A stretch of 64,000 nt of DNA from a virus (IMGVR_UViG_3300023213_000432:96001-160000); one strand, 5' to 3'. Counted from the stretch's first letter, positions 1-9,580 are shown. Translations and numbers: made by a program. The notes: generated from the letters alone by a model not told the origin.

Positions 1-727
1 GTTTAGCCGCAGAATTTCTTTCTCCTTGCCGCGTTGTTCGCTTAGCGAATAGAGCAACGTCCTCATCTGTAAAGAAGTACCGATGACTTTTTCCACGTTT
101 CATATCCGCTACCACTGATTGCGTAATGTTGAATTGATTGGCAATTTCGTACATTGAGACGTTGTCAAGCAATAATTGACGTATCTGTTTAAGTTGTTCA
201 ATTGTGAGTTTAGCTTTACTTCGACTCATTTTGAGGCGTGTTTCTGTTGGGTGACGAAATCCCATCCTGCTTTTACTCAACTTCTGGCGCCGTTCTTCTG
301 ACCATTTTTCACCATCACTACCATCAGTTAAGTTATATCCAGCATTTTTACCATACTTATACGCATTAGTTTGGTAAAAAGATATCCAATATATTTCTGC
401 TTCTTTCATTTCTTTAAAACTGTTCAATTCTTGAACTATGCGGAACTCAAAATTATCTTCTCCGTATTTTAACATCGCTTTGTGAATCAAGTAACGTCCG
501 CTTTCTTTACTATCTAGGCGGACACACTTGCGATGTTCTTTCCATCGCTCGATTAAATTTTCTGTTCTCCCGATGTATATCTTACCATTGATTAAGTTGA
601 ATATCATATACACGTGATATTTGACGCATTCCTTGCATTTTGACTTTTTTCTTTTCAACTGTTCTTGATCAAAATCACCAATCGATTTAATTTGCGAACA
701 ATGCCTGCAAAAGATAACGATGTCCAT
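1..727 (-). CDS. GIY-YIG homing endonuclease (partial, runs off window start)
   Basis: Manual translation: MDIVIFCRHC...YHVYMIFNLINGKIYIGRTENLIERWKEH...KAMLKYGEDNF...GYNLTDG, followed by a NUMOD3-like stretch; not in the ORF track. Confidence 0.85.
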   Translation of the reverse strand, partial: MDIVIFCRHCSQIKSIGDFDQEQLKRKKSKCKECVKYHVYMIFNLINGKIYIGRTENLIERWKEHRKCVRLDSKESGRYLIHKAMLKYGEDNFEFRIVQELNSFKEMKEAEIYWISFYQTNAYKYGKNAGYNLTDGSDGEKWSEERRQKLSKSRMGFRHPTETRLKMSRSKAKLTIEQLKQIRQLLLDNVSMYEIANQFNITQSVVADMKRGKSHRYFFTDEDVALFAKRTTRQGERNSAAK

Positions 728-803
728 ACTTTAATTATATATCAAGTCATACTAAAGTTTCTGGTTCTGTGTTTTTTATTAAAAGAAATGTAGCCCATTA
801 ATA

Positions 804-917
804 ATGGAAGAAGTCCCAGTTTTTGGATATGTAGCTACGTTAATTGCGTTGATTGCAATTATTCTTATGACTAAAAATATTCAGGGCGCAGGGTTAGCAG
901 TTAATTTTTTGGAATAG
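804..917 (+). CDS. 37-aa hydrophobic small protein
   Basis: MEEVPVFGYVATLIALIAIILMTKNIQGAGLAVNFLE; one TM-like segment. Confidence 0.4.
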   Translation: MEEVPVFGYVATLIALIAIILMTKNIQGAGLAVNFLE

Positions 918-1104
918 TAAAACTACCATACAGGGGCGGGTTCCCATCGCCTAACGGCGTGAATTTACTCCAAAAAAACTTCTGTATAACCAGATATAAG
1001 ATTTGGGGCAGGATGATCGCGTTAATTGCTTCCCTCCTTTGTAATTAACGTTGATCCCTCCCCAAAACAACTAACATATATATTTTAAAAAAAAGGAAAT
1101 AAAA

Positions 1105-1383
1105 ATGAAGAAGCTAATGTTAGCATGTATATTAATGCTATTTGGTTGTGCTCATAGCAGATATTCGCTTATCCAAACTAATGAGCACACTTATGAAATT
1201 GATGCGAGTAGGAGAGATGGTAATTTAGCACATATGCGAGCAGAAGCCATCAAGATAGCCACAGATACTTGTTCAGCGTGGAACGAAGGTTGGCAGGTTA
1301 TCTGGGTTGAAGAAAGAGAAAATGATCTTGGCTGGACTTATTTTAAACTAAAATTTCAATGTGTTTCGCACGGTATCAATTGA
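1105..1383 (+). CDS. putative lipoprotein
   Basis: MKK, hydrophobic stretch, lipobox-like LFGC; AAGGA RBS. Confidence 0.65.
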   Translation: MKKLMLACILMLFGCAHSRYSLIQTNEHTYEIDASRRDGNLAHMRAEAIKIATDTCSAWNEGWQVIWVEERENDLGWTYFKLKFQCVSHGIN

Positions 1384-1388
1384 TTGTC

Positions 1389-1622
1389 ATGATGCCTCAA
1401 TATATGATTACTTTTGTTAGTCGTTCCATCACTAAAAGCGAAGGGCATGCGATTGTAGAAGCTAAGAATAAGAAGAAAGCAAAGAAGCGGTTCAAGAAGC
1501 GATTTGGAGAAAGATATAAAGTTAAAGACATTCAAAAGTATGTTGAAGTGGATTTAATGCCCGAACAAATGAGCAAAAAAGATTGCACAAAACGGCAATC
1601 GATCTTTGAAGCATGGTACTGA
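1389..1622 (+). CDS. hypothetical basic protein
   Basis: ORF packed between neighbours; start moved to ATG at 1389. Confidence 0.55.
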   Translation: MMPQYMITFVSRSITKSEGHAIVEAKNKKKAKKRFKKRFGERYKVKDIQKYVEVDLMPEQMSKKDCTKRQSIFEAWY

Positions 1623-1663
1623 TATGTTGTTGATGGGTTAACCATTTCGAAAGGACAAAAATC

Positions 1664-1939
1664 ATGAATAAATTATTAATATTGTTATTGATGGGATGTG
1701 TGCAGTATCATCCTATTGAATACAATCTTCGATCCAATTCCTCAGATAGTAGTAATTATGATCTATCTATGGATGGAAAAGATGATCTTATTGATACTGT
1801 TCGCGCCAATGCTTTTGCTCTTGCCGAAAAAACCTGCAAATATAACAATAAAGTATGGAAACTTACTTCTCTTTCCGAAACCGATAGCAAAGATGGCGCT
1901 CATGTTCATCTAACTTTTATTTGTCAAGGCAATGATTAA
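1664..1939 (+). CDS. putative lipoprotein (similar to 1105..1383)
   Basis: MNKLLILLLMGC lipobox; similar A..A..TC...W pattern to 1105. Confidence 0.6.
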   Translation: MNKLLILLLMGCVQYHPIEYNLRSNSSDSSNYDLSMDGKDDLIDTVRANAFALAEKTCKYNNKVWKLTSLSETDSKDGAHVHLTFICQGND

Positions 1940-2360
1940 ACTTATTGAAATGGCTGCAAAAATTGCTTTACCTACACACATCAACGATCAGCGATCCTTT
2001 TGGGTTGGAAGCGTCGGAATTAGAAAAGATAATGTTTTCGTATTTGCTCGAAATGGTGCAGTTCGTTGTTTAGATTCTGATGATTATCAGGTTATTCCAT
2101 CAGCTCACGCAGAGTTCCGTTTGGGAGCCAAGTTAGGCAAGTATGGAATTGTGTATATCGCAAGAGTGGCCAAAAAAGACGGCAGTTTAGCGATGTCCCG
2201 CCCGTGCGGAGTGTGTCAGGTAAGACTTCGTAGCCTTAAGGTGGAGCGTGCCTATTACTCGATTAATAATTTCCAATATGGTTGTTATTTTGTCCAAGAA
2301 GATAAAGATGTAATCTATCATGAACGACCTCCTCATCGTCAAACCCAACATCCTATCTGA
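1932..2360 (+). CDS. zinc-dependent cytidine/dCMP deaminase-fold protein
   Basis: HAE (SAHAEFRL) and PCxxC (SRPCGVC) motifs. Confidence 0.75.
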   Translation: MIKLIEMAAKIALPTHINDQRSFWVGSVGIRKDNVFVFARNGAVRCLDSDDYQVIPSAHAEFRLGAKLGKYGIVYIARVAKKDGSLAMSRPCGVCQVRLRSLKVERAYYSINNFQYGCYFVQEDKDVIYHERPPHRQTQHPI

Positions 2361-3345
2361 CGTAATAGATACGTCCATAGGAGAGCCACATATTGTTAGG
2401 GAGTGTCTGCTCAAAATCTTTGATCTTACCTATACTCTGCCTAAAGAAAAAGGGATGTGGGAATACCCTAATCCCAAAGGACACCCTGAATTGATTAAGA
2501 TATTAGAGGATAAGTATAATGCACCCATAGTTATTACCAACGGTGCAATGCAAGGGCTGCATGCCGTGTTTCATGCACTTAAATCAATGGGAAAGGTATC
2601 TATCTCTTGGGCAAAACCGTGGTTTCATTGTTTGCCCAAGATAGCTGAGATGAACGGATTGCAGTGGAGCGAAGGAGAGAATGGGGATGCGATTTTGTTG
2701 GTGGCACCACGTAATCCTGATGGTTTTATGCCATCTCCAGAAGAAGTTAAGAAACTTTTCGAGAATTGCAAAGAGCAAGGACGCTATTTGATCCATGACT
2801 CTGTTTATTATTCTCACACCTACCTTCCTGAAACTTATCCTTTAAAACCTGTTGGAGATGTTCAGATCTTTAGCGCTTCTAAGCTTTTAGGTCTTTCGGG
2901 ATTAAGGGTTGGTTGGATCATCTGCCACAACAAAGATTTTTATCACCCTATCGTAGAATATATGGAAGCTATGACGGTGGGCGCCTCTATGCTCTCCCAA
3001 ATTTTCTTGCGAGATTTATTGGAGCGAACGCGCGCCTATCCATATTTGATTCGAAATTTTGAGAGACTTTCTTCTATTGCTTTGGAGAAATCTAAAGCCA
3101 CCCTCAAAGGAGTTGATCCTGAAGTTTTAGAGGTGCCCGAAAATTTTGAGAAGATTAATGGAATGTTTGCATTCTGTAAAACCAATGATATGGGGCGTTT
3201 TGTGAAAGCAAAAGTAAATGTTGCTGATGGTAAGTATTTTGGTATGGAAGGCTACGTTAGAATGAATTTAGCATTTGGAGAAGAGAAAATGAAAGAGATT
3301 GTTAAAAGATTAAACGAGGTAAAAATGTCAATTACCCATGATTAA
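2320..3345 (+). CDS. PLP-dependent aminotransferase class I/II; last codons supplied by the IS end
   Basis: ITNGAMQGL, PRNPDG, IHDSVY, SASK-LLGLSGLRVGW motifs. Excising the element at 3327 gives ...NEVKI* with TGA overlapping the next ATG. Confidence 0.85.
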   Translation: MNDLLIVKPNILSDVIDTSIGEPHIVRECLLKIFDLTYTLPKEKGMWEYPNPKGHPELIKILEDKYNAPIVITNGAMQGLHAVFHALKSMGKVSISWAKPWFHCLPKIAEMNGLQWSEGENGDAILLVAPRNPDGFMPSPEEVKKLFENCKEQGRYLIHDSVYYSHTYLPETYPLKPVGDVQIFSASKLLGLSGLRVGWIICHNKDFYHPIVEYMEAMTVGASMLSQIFLRDLLERTRAYPYLIRNFERLSSIALEKSKATLKGVDPEVLEVPENFEKINGMFAFCKTNDMGRFVKAKVNVADGKYFGMEGYVRMNLAFGEEKMKEIVKRLNEVKMSITHD

Positions 3346-3625
3346 AATCATGGGCTTGTGCGAAGGATACTAGCCAGATTCTTTTGATCAAGACCAAAAT
3401 ATTGTACTAGACACAGATCAGAATAGGAGACGCAAGTCAAATAAAAGAAGATCAAATAGGCAGATCAGGATCGCTATGACGAGACTGGAAAAGATACGCT
3501 ACTGGATGTTTCGCTAGTCTGTAGCCGCATCTCCGTAAGGAGATGCCAATACCTCATCGATAATTGTGAGGTATTAGCTGTGTTTTGCTTATGTCGAAGC
3601 GAGTTGAACAAGCCCTTTACAGGGA
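3327..3625 (+). ncRNA. omegaRNA scaffold (IsrB-type; 3' end approximate)
   Basis: Conserved omegaRNA blocks GATACGCTACTGGATGTTTCGCTAGTCTGTAGC and ATGTCGAAGCGAG; three copies in the window. Confidence 0.75.
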
Positions 3626-3787
3626 AGGTTTTCTGAGGATTTTTCCTTTCTCTCACGAGAGAATAAAGTCCTCGTTTTTACTAAAACAATTCGTCAAGAT
3701 AAGAGATATTGACGTCTTATATGCACAGAATAGGAGAGTTCAATTCCTTCCACGACTAAAATCGTGGGTCTCCTTGAACCAATTTCC
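3327..3787 (+). mobile_element. non-autonomous IsrB-type IS200/IS605 element (omegaRNA plus ends, isrB body missing)
   Basis: Starts GTCAATTACCCATGATTAAAATCATGGG; omegaRNA nearly identical to the 14843 and 18403 copies; keeps the last ~90 nt of isrB and the end hairpin; followed by ATGAA. Confidence 0.9.
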
Positions 3788-4090
3788 ATGAACGCAGAAA
3801 AAGAAAATCAATCCGAATTGGAGCAAGAGTTTCGAGGGCTTGTTGAACGACATTCGCAAGAGATCGAAGAAAAATTGAATGATGCCAATACTGCCATGAA
3901 AGAAGCGATGACACTTTCTGAAAAATATGGCATCCCTTTTCCAGCTAATATATCCCAAATAAGTCAGTCTTATACTCCAAAATCTTTTATAACAAAGTTT
4001 GGTCAATTAGACAGAGAACTAATTGAAGAATTATCGGGTGCCGAGCTTAATGGCTATTACGGTTGGGAACATTCGGACGTTTGTTATTAG
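3788..4090 (+). CDS. hypothetical protein (GWxxSxxC paralogue family)
   Basis: ATG is the ATGAA target motif; the upstream part of the track ORF (3764) lies in the IS end. Confidence 0.65.
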   Translation: MNAEKENQSELEQEFRGLVERHSQEIEEKLNDANTAMKEAMTLSEKYGIPFPANISQISQSYTPKSFITKFGQLDRELIEELSGAELNGYYGWEHSDVCY

Positions 4091-4327
4091 AAAATTTTAT
4101 TAAAAATTTAATAAACTGAAACATAGTTAATAGAAAGGAAATCATGAAAGCCAAAGAAGTTGAGATTGGTTCTCGCGTCTCCAGAGAAGGAGAATCCGGA
4201 ACCATTGTCGGAAACCAACACAAAGATGGCGATGAAATTGTCATTGTGGAGTGGGATGATCGTTATGATGATAACTTTGAGAAAGTTAATGTTAACGATT
4301 TGATCATTCGGCCCAAGAGAACTAAGA

Positions 4328-4460
4328 GTCAATTACCATCAGCACAAGGCTAATAGCTTGTAAGTAGCATTTCTGCTCCTACAATAGGCTGATTGACAAC
4401 AGCCCGATCCGATAGCCCTTGGCTATCAAGATGCTTGAGGACAATATTTCTACTGCCATT
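4328..4460 (-). ncRNA. TnpB reRNA/omegaRNA scaffold (5' end approximate)
   Basis: Overlaps the tnpB 3' end; block GGGCTGT[T/C]GTCAATCAGCCTA is conserved in five elements; ends at TTGAC, with the flank as guide. Confidence 0.65.
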
Positions 4461-5477
4461 CAAGTCTGCATTTAATCTAAATCCACATTGCTTGCAGCAA
4501 AAGTTAGCTTGACTCTTTCGATTAGAGCGACAAATATATCCACATTTGCTACACCTCTGAGAAGTATAGCGAGCATCAATATAAACTATGTTAATACCCT
4601 TAGCGGCACCCTTATAGATCAAGAACTGTTCTAATTGAAAGAAAGACCAATTGTTGAGCAAAGTGCGTTGTTCTTTTCTTAATCGCTTGTTGCGAATCCC
4701 TGTTAGATCCTCTAATACGATAGTGTCTCCTGGATTTAGTTTATCGATAATCTCCTTGCTAATTTGATGGTTAACATCTGCTCGAAACCGTCTCTCCTTT
4801 CGAGATAATTCTCGAAGGTGTCTTTTGGCAGATTTGCTTCCTGTTCGTTGAAGTCTTTTGCGAAGTCTCTGATAGCGGCGCACAACTCGCTTTACCTCTC
4901 CTCCTCCAAAGAATTGATTGTTGGAGGAAACTGCTAGGTTATTAATCCCTCTGTCGATGCCCACAAAAGTTCCAGCAGGTTGAACGTCTTCAATATCCTT
5001 TTCAAAAACGATATGCAGGAAAACTTTCTTTTTGATGATGCAGAGATCTGCGGAAGTATGCTTCCAAGTTTTAAAATATTCTTTGTAAAAGTTTGGAATT
5101 GTAAGCTGATAGCGTTTTCGTCCATTGATGGTCAGCAGAGAAAGTTGTTGAACATCTAAGAATAGCGTATAAGAATTCTTATCTAAACGAATGCTACACA
5201 GATGGGAATGAGGACAAGAATAATAGCGCTTAGGTTTGGAAAAGACTCCTTTGAGAGCCTCGGTAGCTTTCATCCTAGCGGAGATAGCAAGTTGAGAGGG
5301 AAGATAATCACGTGTCGTATAATAGCAAAGATCGTGAAGTTTGACGCCGTTCTTTTCTTTCTTCTCGAAACCTGTTTGAGCCACGAAGTTAAACGCTTTG
5401 GTATAAGCCTCTAAGGTAGGTAAAATCTCAGGAATTGAGATATTAAGTTTGATCTTAGCGGTTCTTACCAACTTCAT
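4350..5477 (-). CDS. tnpB: TnpB RNA-guided endonuclease
   Basis: RuvC-I GIDRG, RuvC-II VLEDL, YTSQRCSKCG...CKQC zinc finger, RuvC-III NADLNGSRNI; catalytic D/E/D intact. Confidence 0.95.
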   Translation of the reverse strand: MKLVRTAKIKLNISIPEILPTLEAYTKAFNFVAQTGFEKKEKNGVKLHDLCYYTTRDYLPSQLAISARMKATEALKGVFSKPKRYYSCPHSHLCSIRLDKNSYTLFLDVQQLSLLTINGRKRYQLTIPNFYKEYFKTWKHTSADLCIIKKKVFLHIVFEKDIEDVQPAGTFVGIDRGINNLAVSSNNQFFGGGEVKRVVRRYQRLRKRLQRTGSKSAKRHLRELSRKERRFRADVNHQISKEIIDKLNPGDTIVLEDLTGIRNKRLRKEQRTLLNNWSFFQLEQFLIYKGAAKGINIVYIDARYTSQRCSKCGYICRSNRKSQANFCCKQCGFRLNADLNGSRNIVLKHLDSQGLSDRAVVNQPIVGAEMLLTSY

Positions 5478-5483
5478 ACTGAT

Positions 5484-5511
5484 TATATAACTACATATTG
5501 ATAGATGTCAA
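5484..5511 (-). promoter_or_regulatory. sigma70-like promoter in the TnpB element left end
   Basis: TTGACA-N16-TATATA (or N18-TATAAT) 6 nt upstream of the tnpB ATG; same motif at 22536. Confidence 0.6.
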
Positions 5512-5822
5512 GAGAAAAAGAAAGGAAAAGACAATTCCTCCCATAGCACAAGGCTATGGGTATCCTTGCCTAAGAGATCATGAAGTTGATGCGGCTTGGG
5601 AAGAGTGTGAAGTTAAATTTGAATCCGCCCGAAATAAAATAGAAGGTGCAGTAGAGGACTTGGAACGAGCCAATAATTTAGCAATCGAATTCGATATTAA
5701 GATTGCAGCTCGGTTTAATAAGATTGATGTTCTGAGTTTGTTGAGCCAGTTAACTGAAGCAGGTTGGTCGCATTCGAGTTTAGAGTGTTAATTATAATTG
5801 TTGAAGAAAAATCTGAAAAATA

Positions 5823-6209
5823 ATGAAGAATTCCATGGAAGACAAACTCAAAGACTTACAGCAAAAATTGAGAGTGCAAAAGGCTGAAATGCGACGTTTA
5901 GAACAAGAGATCCAAAAAGAGCAGTCTCTTGCATGGGACGAAGCCCGCCGCCAAGGATTCGAAAGAATTCGAGAAAAGCATGGCACTACTATCGATGAGA
6001 TCAATGTCAAAATTCAAGTAGCAATATTTGCTTTGAAAGAAGCAAATGCTCTTGCCAAAAAAGCAGGAATACCTTCCTTGACTGGATATTCTTCTTGCGA
6101 AGATACTAATTTTGATGAAGCCGATTTAATATTAATTGGCGAATGTCTTGATTTACGTCTTTTAACAGAAGAGTTGTATAAAGCTGGGGTAGAAAATATT
6201 ACATGGTGA
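5823..6209 (+). CDS. hypothetical coiled-coil protein
   Basis: 128-aa ORF; EANALAKKAGIP segment resembles the paralogue family. Confidence 0.6.
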   Translation: MKNSMEDKLKDLQQKLRVQKAEMRRLEQEIQKEQSLAWDEARRQGFERIREKHGTTIDEINVKIQVAIFALKEANALAKKAGIPSLTGYSSCEDTNFDEADLILIGECLDLRLLTEELYKAGVENITW

Positions 6210-6627
6210 AATAATGGACAACAAAATTAAAACTTTGCGGGCAATCATGAAAATCAAGCGAGCCCTGAAACTTATCAAGGAAGCCGCCACAGATCTCTCA
6301 GATGATCCGGAATTGATAGAAGAATTTTCGGAACTGGAAGAAATGTTAAACAGTGCGGAGGGTCTCCATGATTGATTTGGAACTCGAGTGGCAAAAATTA
6401 GTGGATGTTATGTTCAAGCATGTGGATGGTAAAGAATTCAGTGGGGAGTTGTCTGAGGAAGATGCTAGTGCTTTGCGAGAGATGATCAAGTAGCGAACTG
6501 TGCCCGTCGTAAATACGGAAGAGGAATGGAAGTGTTCTTTTTATTGAATGGGAACGAACTGCGTATATTCATCGAACGAATTGAAAATTGCAATCATAAT
6601 CAAAGATAAATAATCGGAGTATAAACA

Positions 6628-7026
6628 ATGGTAGATACAATGATCTTGCGAAACTTGAAAGACGTATATAACGAAGCTAACTCCACTTGCGAGCATAAGA
6701 GAACCCATCCTCATGGGTGCGATGATTGCGAAGCTAAATGGTGCGATGCTTGTTTTAGATACCATCAAAACCCGATCAATCTTGGATGCAAATTTTCTCA
6801 AATGCTTGCTAAATATGCTATTGATTTGATCAATTTATCCTTGAATAATGATCAAGTATTAAATGGTTTTATTCGGGATCATCATAATCCAATCGTGTAT
6901 AGTCTCAACGAACAAATCAAGAAGTTGGAAAAGCAAAGTGTAGACAAATCAAGCATTATTAGGATGCTTGAAGAGATTGAATTCCTCAAACAGAAGTTAT
7001 CTCGGATTAGGTGCGAAGTTTTATGA
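6628..7026 (+). CDS. hypothetical Cys/His-rich protein
   Basis: 132-aa ORF with GGAG RBS. Confidence 0.6.
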   Translation: MVDTMILRNLKDVYNEANSTCEHKRTHPHGCDDCEAKWCDACFRYHQNPINLGCKFSQMLAKYAIDLINLSLNNDQVLNGFIRDHHNPIVYSLNEQIKKLEKQSVDKSSIIRMLEEIEFLKQKLSRIRCEVL

Positions 7027-7994
7027 TCCTCATCGGTAGCCGAGCCCTAAAACTTCGATGCTCCCAAGCACTCCTTCGTGAGCCGCTTGACTTTGACTGG
7101 ATCTGTACCCAAGAGGAACATGATCAGTGGGTCAAAGAACACTCTCATAAAGTTAATCCAATCAAGATGTATTCTATTGAAGCTAACGGTACTACCAAAC
7201 ATATTGTGGAAGGTTCACCGTGTCTTGAGTTTGAGATTATCAAGACAGGACACAGCACGGAGTTGTTAAAAGAATTGGTGGAGAAGGATCCGGAGACGAT
7301 GGATGCGGTAATGTTTGGGAAAATTCCTTCACTTGATTTGCTTTTTACAATTAAAGATAGTCATAAATTCAAAAAATTCCACATTGACGATCGTATATTT
7401 TGGAAAACAGCTACTGATTGGCATGCCATGAATAGGATAGGTGCCAAAGTTCGGGAAGAACACCGAGAATTTCTTTCTCTTAGAGAGAAGGAAACCTATA
7501 CTAATAGTCTTCCTAAACTGAATATGTCGAAGGTAAACTTTTTCGACGAGACCCAAAATGGGGTGCATATGACTTATCAGCACGACGACATCCACTGTGT
7601 CATTTGTCTATACGACCGTCCCGCCTACACTTATTACCTAAAAGAGGGCAGTGAAGTGCTAACCGACAACAAGAAGTTTTGGGAGTGCTCGGAAGAGATC
7701 CGATTGGCGGGTGTGATGGAAGAGGCAATGGTTTTGGCGATTGAGAGATCTTTGGTAAGTTGTCCCAATGTCCTCATGCCCGATAGGGCGTTTAGGCTGG
7801 CCTTAGCCAAGGTTGCGAGCAGTATCACCAGCGGGGCGTTTAGATCTTATGCTCACCTTCACCTCTTCGAAGCACTGAAAATATACCCGCGAGATTATTG
7901 GGAAAAATTTCAAAAGGCGGTCGAAAATGGCATTGTTCGTCGATATATAATGAATGATGCCAAAAAGATTGAATATAGACAAGATAGCGTTTGA
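7023..7994 (+). CDS. putative Pol-beta-fold nucleotidyltransferase-like phage protein
   Basis: N-terminal hIGSRA...PLDFDW matches the hG[GS]x(9-13)DhD signature. Confidence 0.5.
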   Translation: MILIGSRALKLRCSQALLREPLDFDWICTQEEHDQWVKEHSHKVNPIKMYSIEANGTTKHIVEGSPCLEFEIIKTGHSTELLKELVEKDPETMDAVMFGKIPSLDLLFTIKDSHKFKKFHIDDRIFWKTATDWHAMNRIGAKVREEHREFLSLREKETYTNSLPKLNMSKVNFFDETQNGVHMTYQHDDIHCVICLYDRPAYTYYLKEGSEVLTDNKKFWECSEEIRLAGVMEEAMVLAIERSLVSCPNVLMPDRAFRLALAKVASSITSGAFRSYAHLHLFEALKIYPRDYWEKFQKAVENGIVRRYIMNDAKKIEYRQDSV

Positions 7995-9327
7995 AAATTT
8001 GATTATTGGATCGCTATCATATAGTGATGCTGCAAGAAAATTGGGAATAAATCCTAGTACGATCATTCGATATTGTAAAAAATTCGAAATCAATATTGAC
8101 CACTTCGATCCCTATAAGGATCGCAAAAGCCCACCTAAACTTGAGTTGGCAGGACAAAAATTCAATAGATGGACTGTAATTCGAGAGGTAGAAAAACCCC
8201 GAAATAAACCATCCAATTCTTACTGGGAGTGTCAATGTGATTGTGGCACAATTAGAGTGTTGAGTGGAAATGTGGTTAAGACCGGACATTCAAAGTCGTG
8301 CGGCTGTTTGCGTTCCGAGAAATCTGCCGAAAACATTATAGGATTCCATCCGCAGCAGATTAAATATACTCCTCAAGAGGCAACTGCTCGTCGAGCATTT
8401 AGAAACTACGATGATGGATATTTATCATTCGAAGAATTCTTTGAATTGTCCAAATTTAACTGTCAATATTGCAACATTGTCCCATCTAACTTGGCTAAAT
8501 CAGAAAACTTATCTGACTATTTTATTAAGAATGGAAATTTCGCATACAGCGGTCTTGATAGGGTAGATAGTTCTAAACCACATTGCATTGACAATATTAT
8601 CACTTGTTGTATGTATTGCAATAAGGCTAAAAGTGCATTGGAAATGTCTCAATTTATAAAGCATCTTATCAGAATGATTGGATATCGTTCGTTAATGTGG
8701 TTAGATAGTTATTTGAATGTTATTCCTCCATCCATTATTCATTTGCCAATATTATTCAATAGATCAAATGATTATTTAACACCCTTTGATGGAGATATTG
8801 TTCCTGGGATTATCATTGGCAAATGGACGATTATTGCTGAAGCCGGACCAGATGAGGGCGGTCGAAAACGAATGTGGTGTAGATGCGTGTGTGGTATTGA
8901 AAGATCGGTTGATGCTTATAGTATAGCGAAAGGTACTAGTCGCTCTTGCGGTAGTCCACAATGCTATCAACTATATACCCCGATTATCTACAAAGCCAGA
9001 ACGATTTGGAGTAGTAGATATAAAGACGGTGATTTGATTTTTGAAGATTTTTATACACTCACACAAATGAATTGTAGTTATTGTGGGCGACCGCCATTTC
9101 GCACTGTCTTTGCTAAAGACAGCTCACTATTTACCTACAATGGATTAGACAGAATTGATCCATCTGTAGGACATTTTACATCTAATGTTGTACCTTGTTG
9201 TTATGACTGCAATAAGGCCAAGAATGATCGCACGCTCTCCCAATTTGATCAATGGCTTACCAACATCAATACCCACTTCATCCTATCTGGCAAAGCCGCC
9301 GAATATCTGGCTAAATTTGCATCCTAG
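7954..9327 (+). CDS. HNH (His-Cys box-like) homing endonuclease with duplicated domains
   Basis: Two repeats of [W-x-C-x-CDCG...SCG]+[CxYC...GLDR(V/I)D...H...N(I/V)...CC..CN.AK]; N-terminal HTH. Confidence 0.8.
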   Translation: MMPKRLNIDKIAFENLIIGSLSYSDAARKLGINPSTIIRYCKKFEINIDHFDPYKDRKSPPKLELAGQKFNRWTVIREVEKPRNKPSNSYWECQCDCGTIRVLSGNVVKTGHSKSCGCLRSEKSAENIIGFHPQQIKYTPQEATARRAFRNYDDGYLSFEEFFELSKFNCQYCNIVPSNLAKSENLSDYFIKNGNFAYSGLDRVDSSKPHCIDNIITCCMYCNKAKSALEMSQFIKHLIRMIGYRSLMWLDSYLNVIPPSIIHLPILFNRSNDYLTPFDGDIVPGIIIGKWTIIAEAGPDEGGRKRMWCRCVCGIERSVDAYSIAKGTSRSCGSPQCYQLYTPIIYKARTIWSSRYKDGDLIFEDFYTLTQMNCSYCGRPPFRTVFAKDSSLFTYNGLDRIDPSVGHFTSNVVPCCYDCNKAKNDRTLSQFDQWLTNINTHFILSGKAAEYLAKFAS

Positions 9328-9328
9328 C

Positions 9329-9580
9329 ATGCCCAAGCTCTCCTTCGATGACATTCGCCAACAAGCCGATGCCCTTCTTGACAAGGCTCTTTTTGCCAAG
9401 ACCGAGGAAGAGGCTCATGAGGCATACAATACTTATTTAGCATTTTTGGAAGCAGTTAATTGGACTCCGGCAGAATATGACGCACAAATTGCCAAACGAC
9501 TAGATGAAATAGTCCCACCCGAAAGATGGGAAGAAACCGAAGATCCATTCAAACCTGTTCCTAAGAAAATTCTGAATTAA
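9329..9580 (+). CDS. hypothetical protein
   Basis: Start reassigned to ATG 9329, right after the previous stop. Confidence 0.6.
   Translation: MPKLSFDDIRQQADALLDKALFAKTEEEAHEAYNTYLAFLEAVNWTPAEYDAQIAKRLDEIVPPERWEETEDPFKPVPKKILN

Larger units (their letters stand above)
4328..5579 (-). mobile_element. IS200/IS605 (IS1341-like, TnpB-only) element
   Basis: On the minus strand: TTCAT target, left end GATCTCTTAGGCAAG plus hairpin CCCATAGC..GCTATGGG, promoter, tnpB, right end ...GGTAATTGAC. Confidence 0.92.
4144..5791 (+). pseudogene. 131-aa gene (4144..4327 + 5580..5791) split by a TnpB element
   Basis: Joining the flanks gives in-frame ...RPKRTK-N-EVDAAWEEC...EAGWSHSSLEC*, paralogous to 23114..23590 (...NAGWHTSSFDCP). 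Confidence 0.85.

Noticed and set aside
5498-5579. N-terminal extensions of ORFs at 3764, 5498, 16183, 19738, 22679 and 24365
   Set aside because: They are read-through of IS ends (MGLLEP..., ...CLRDH) rather than true gene starts.
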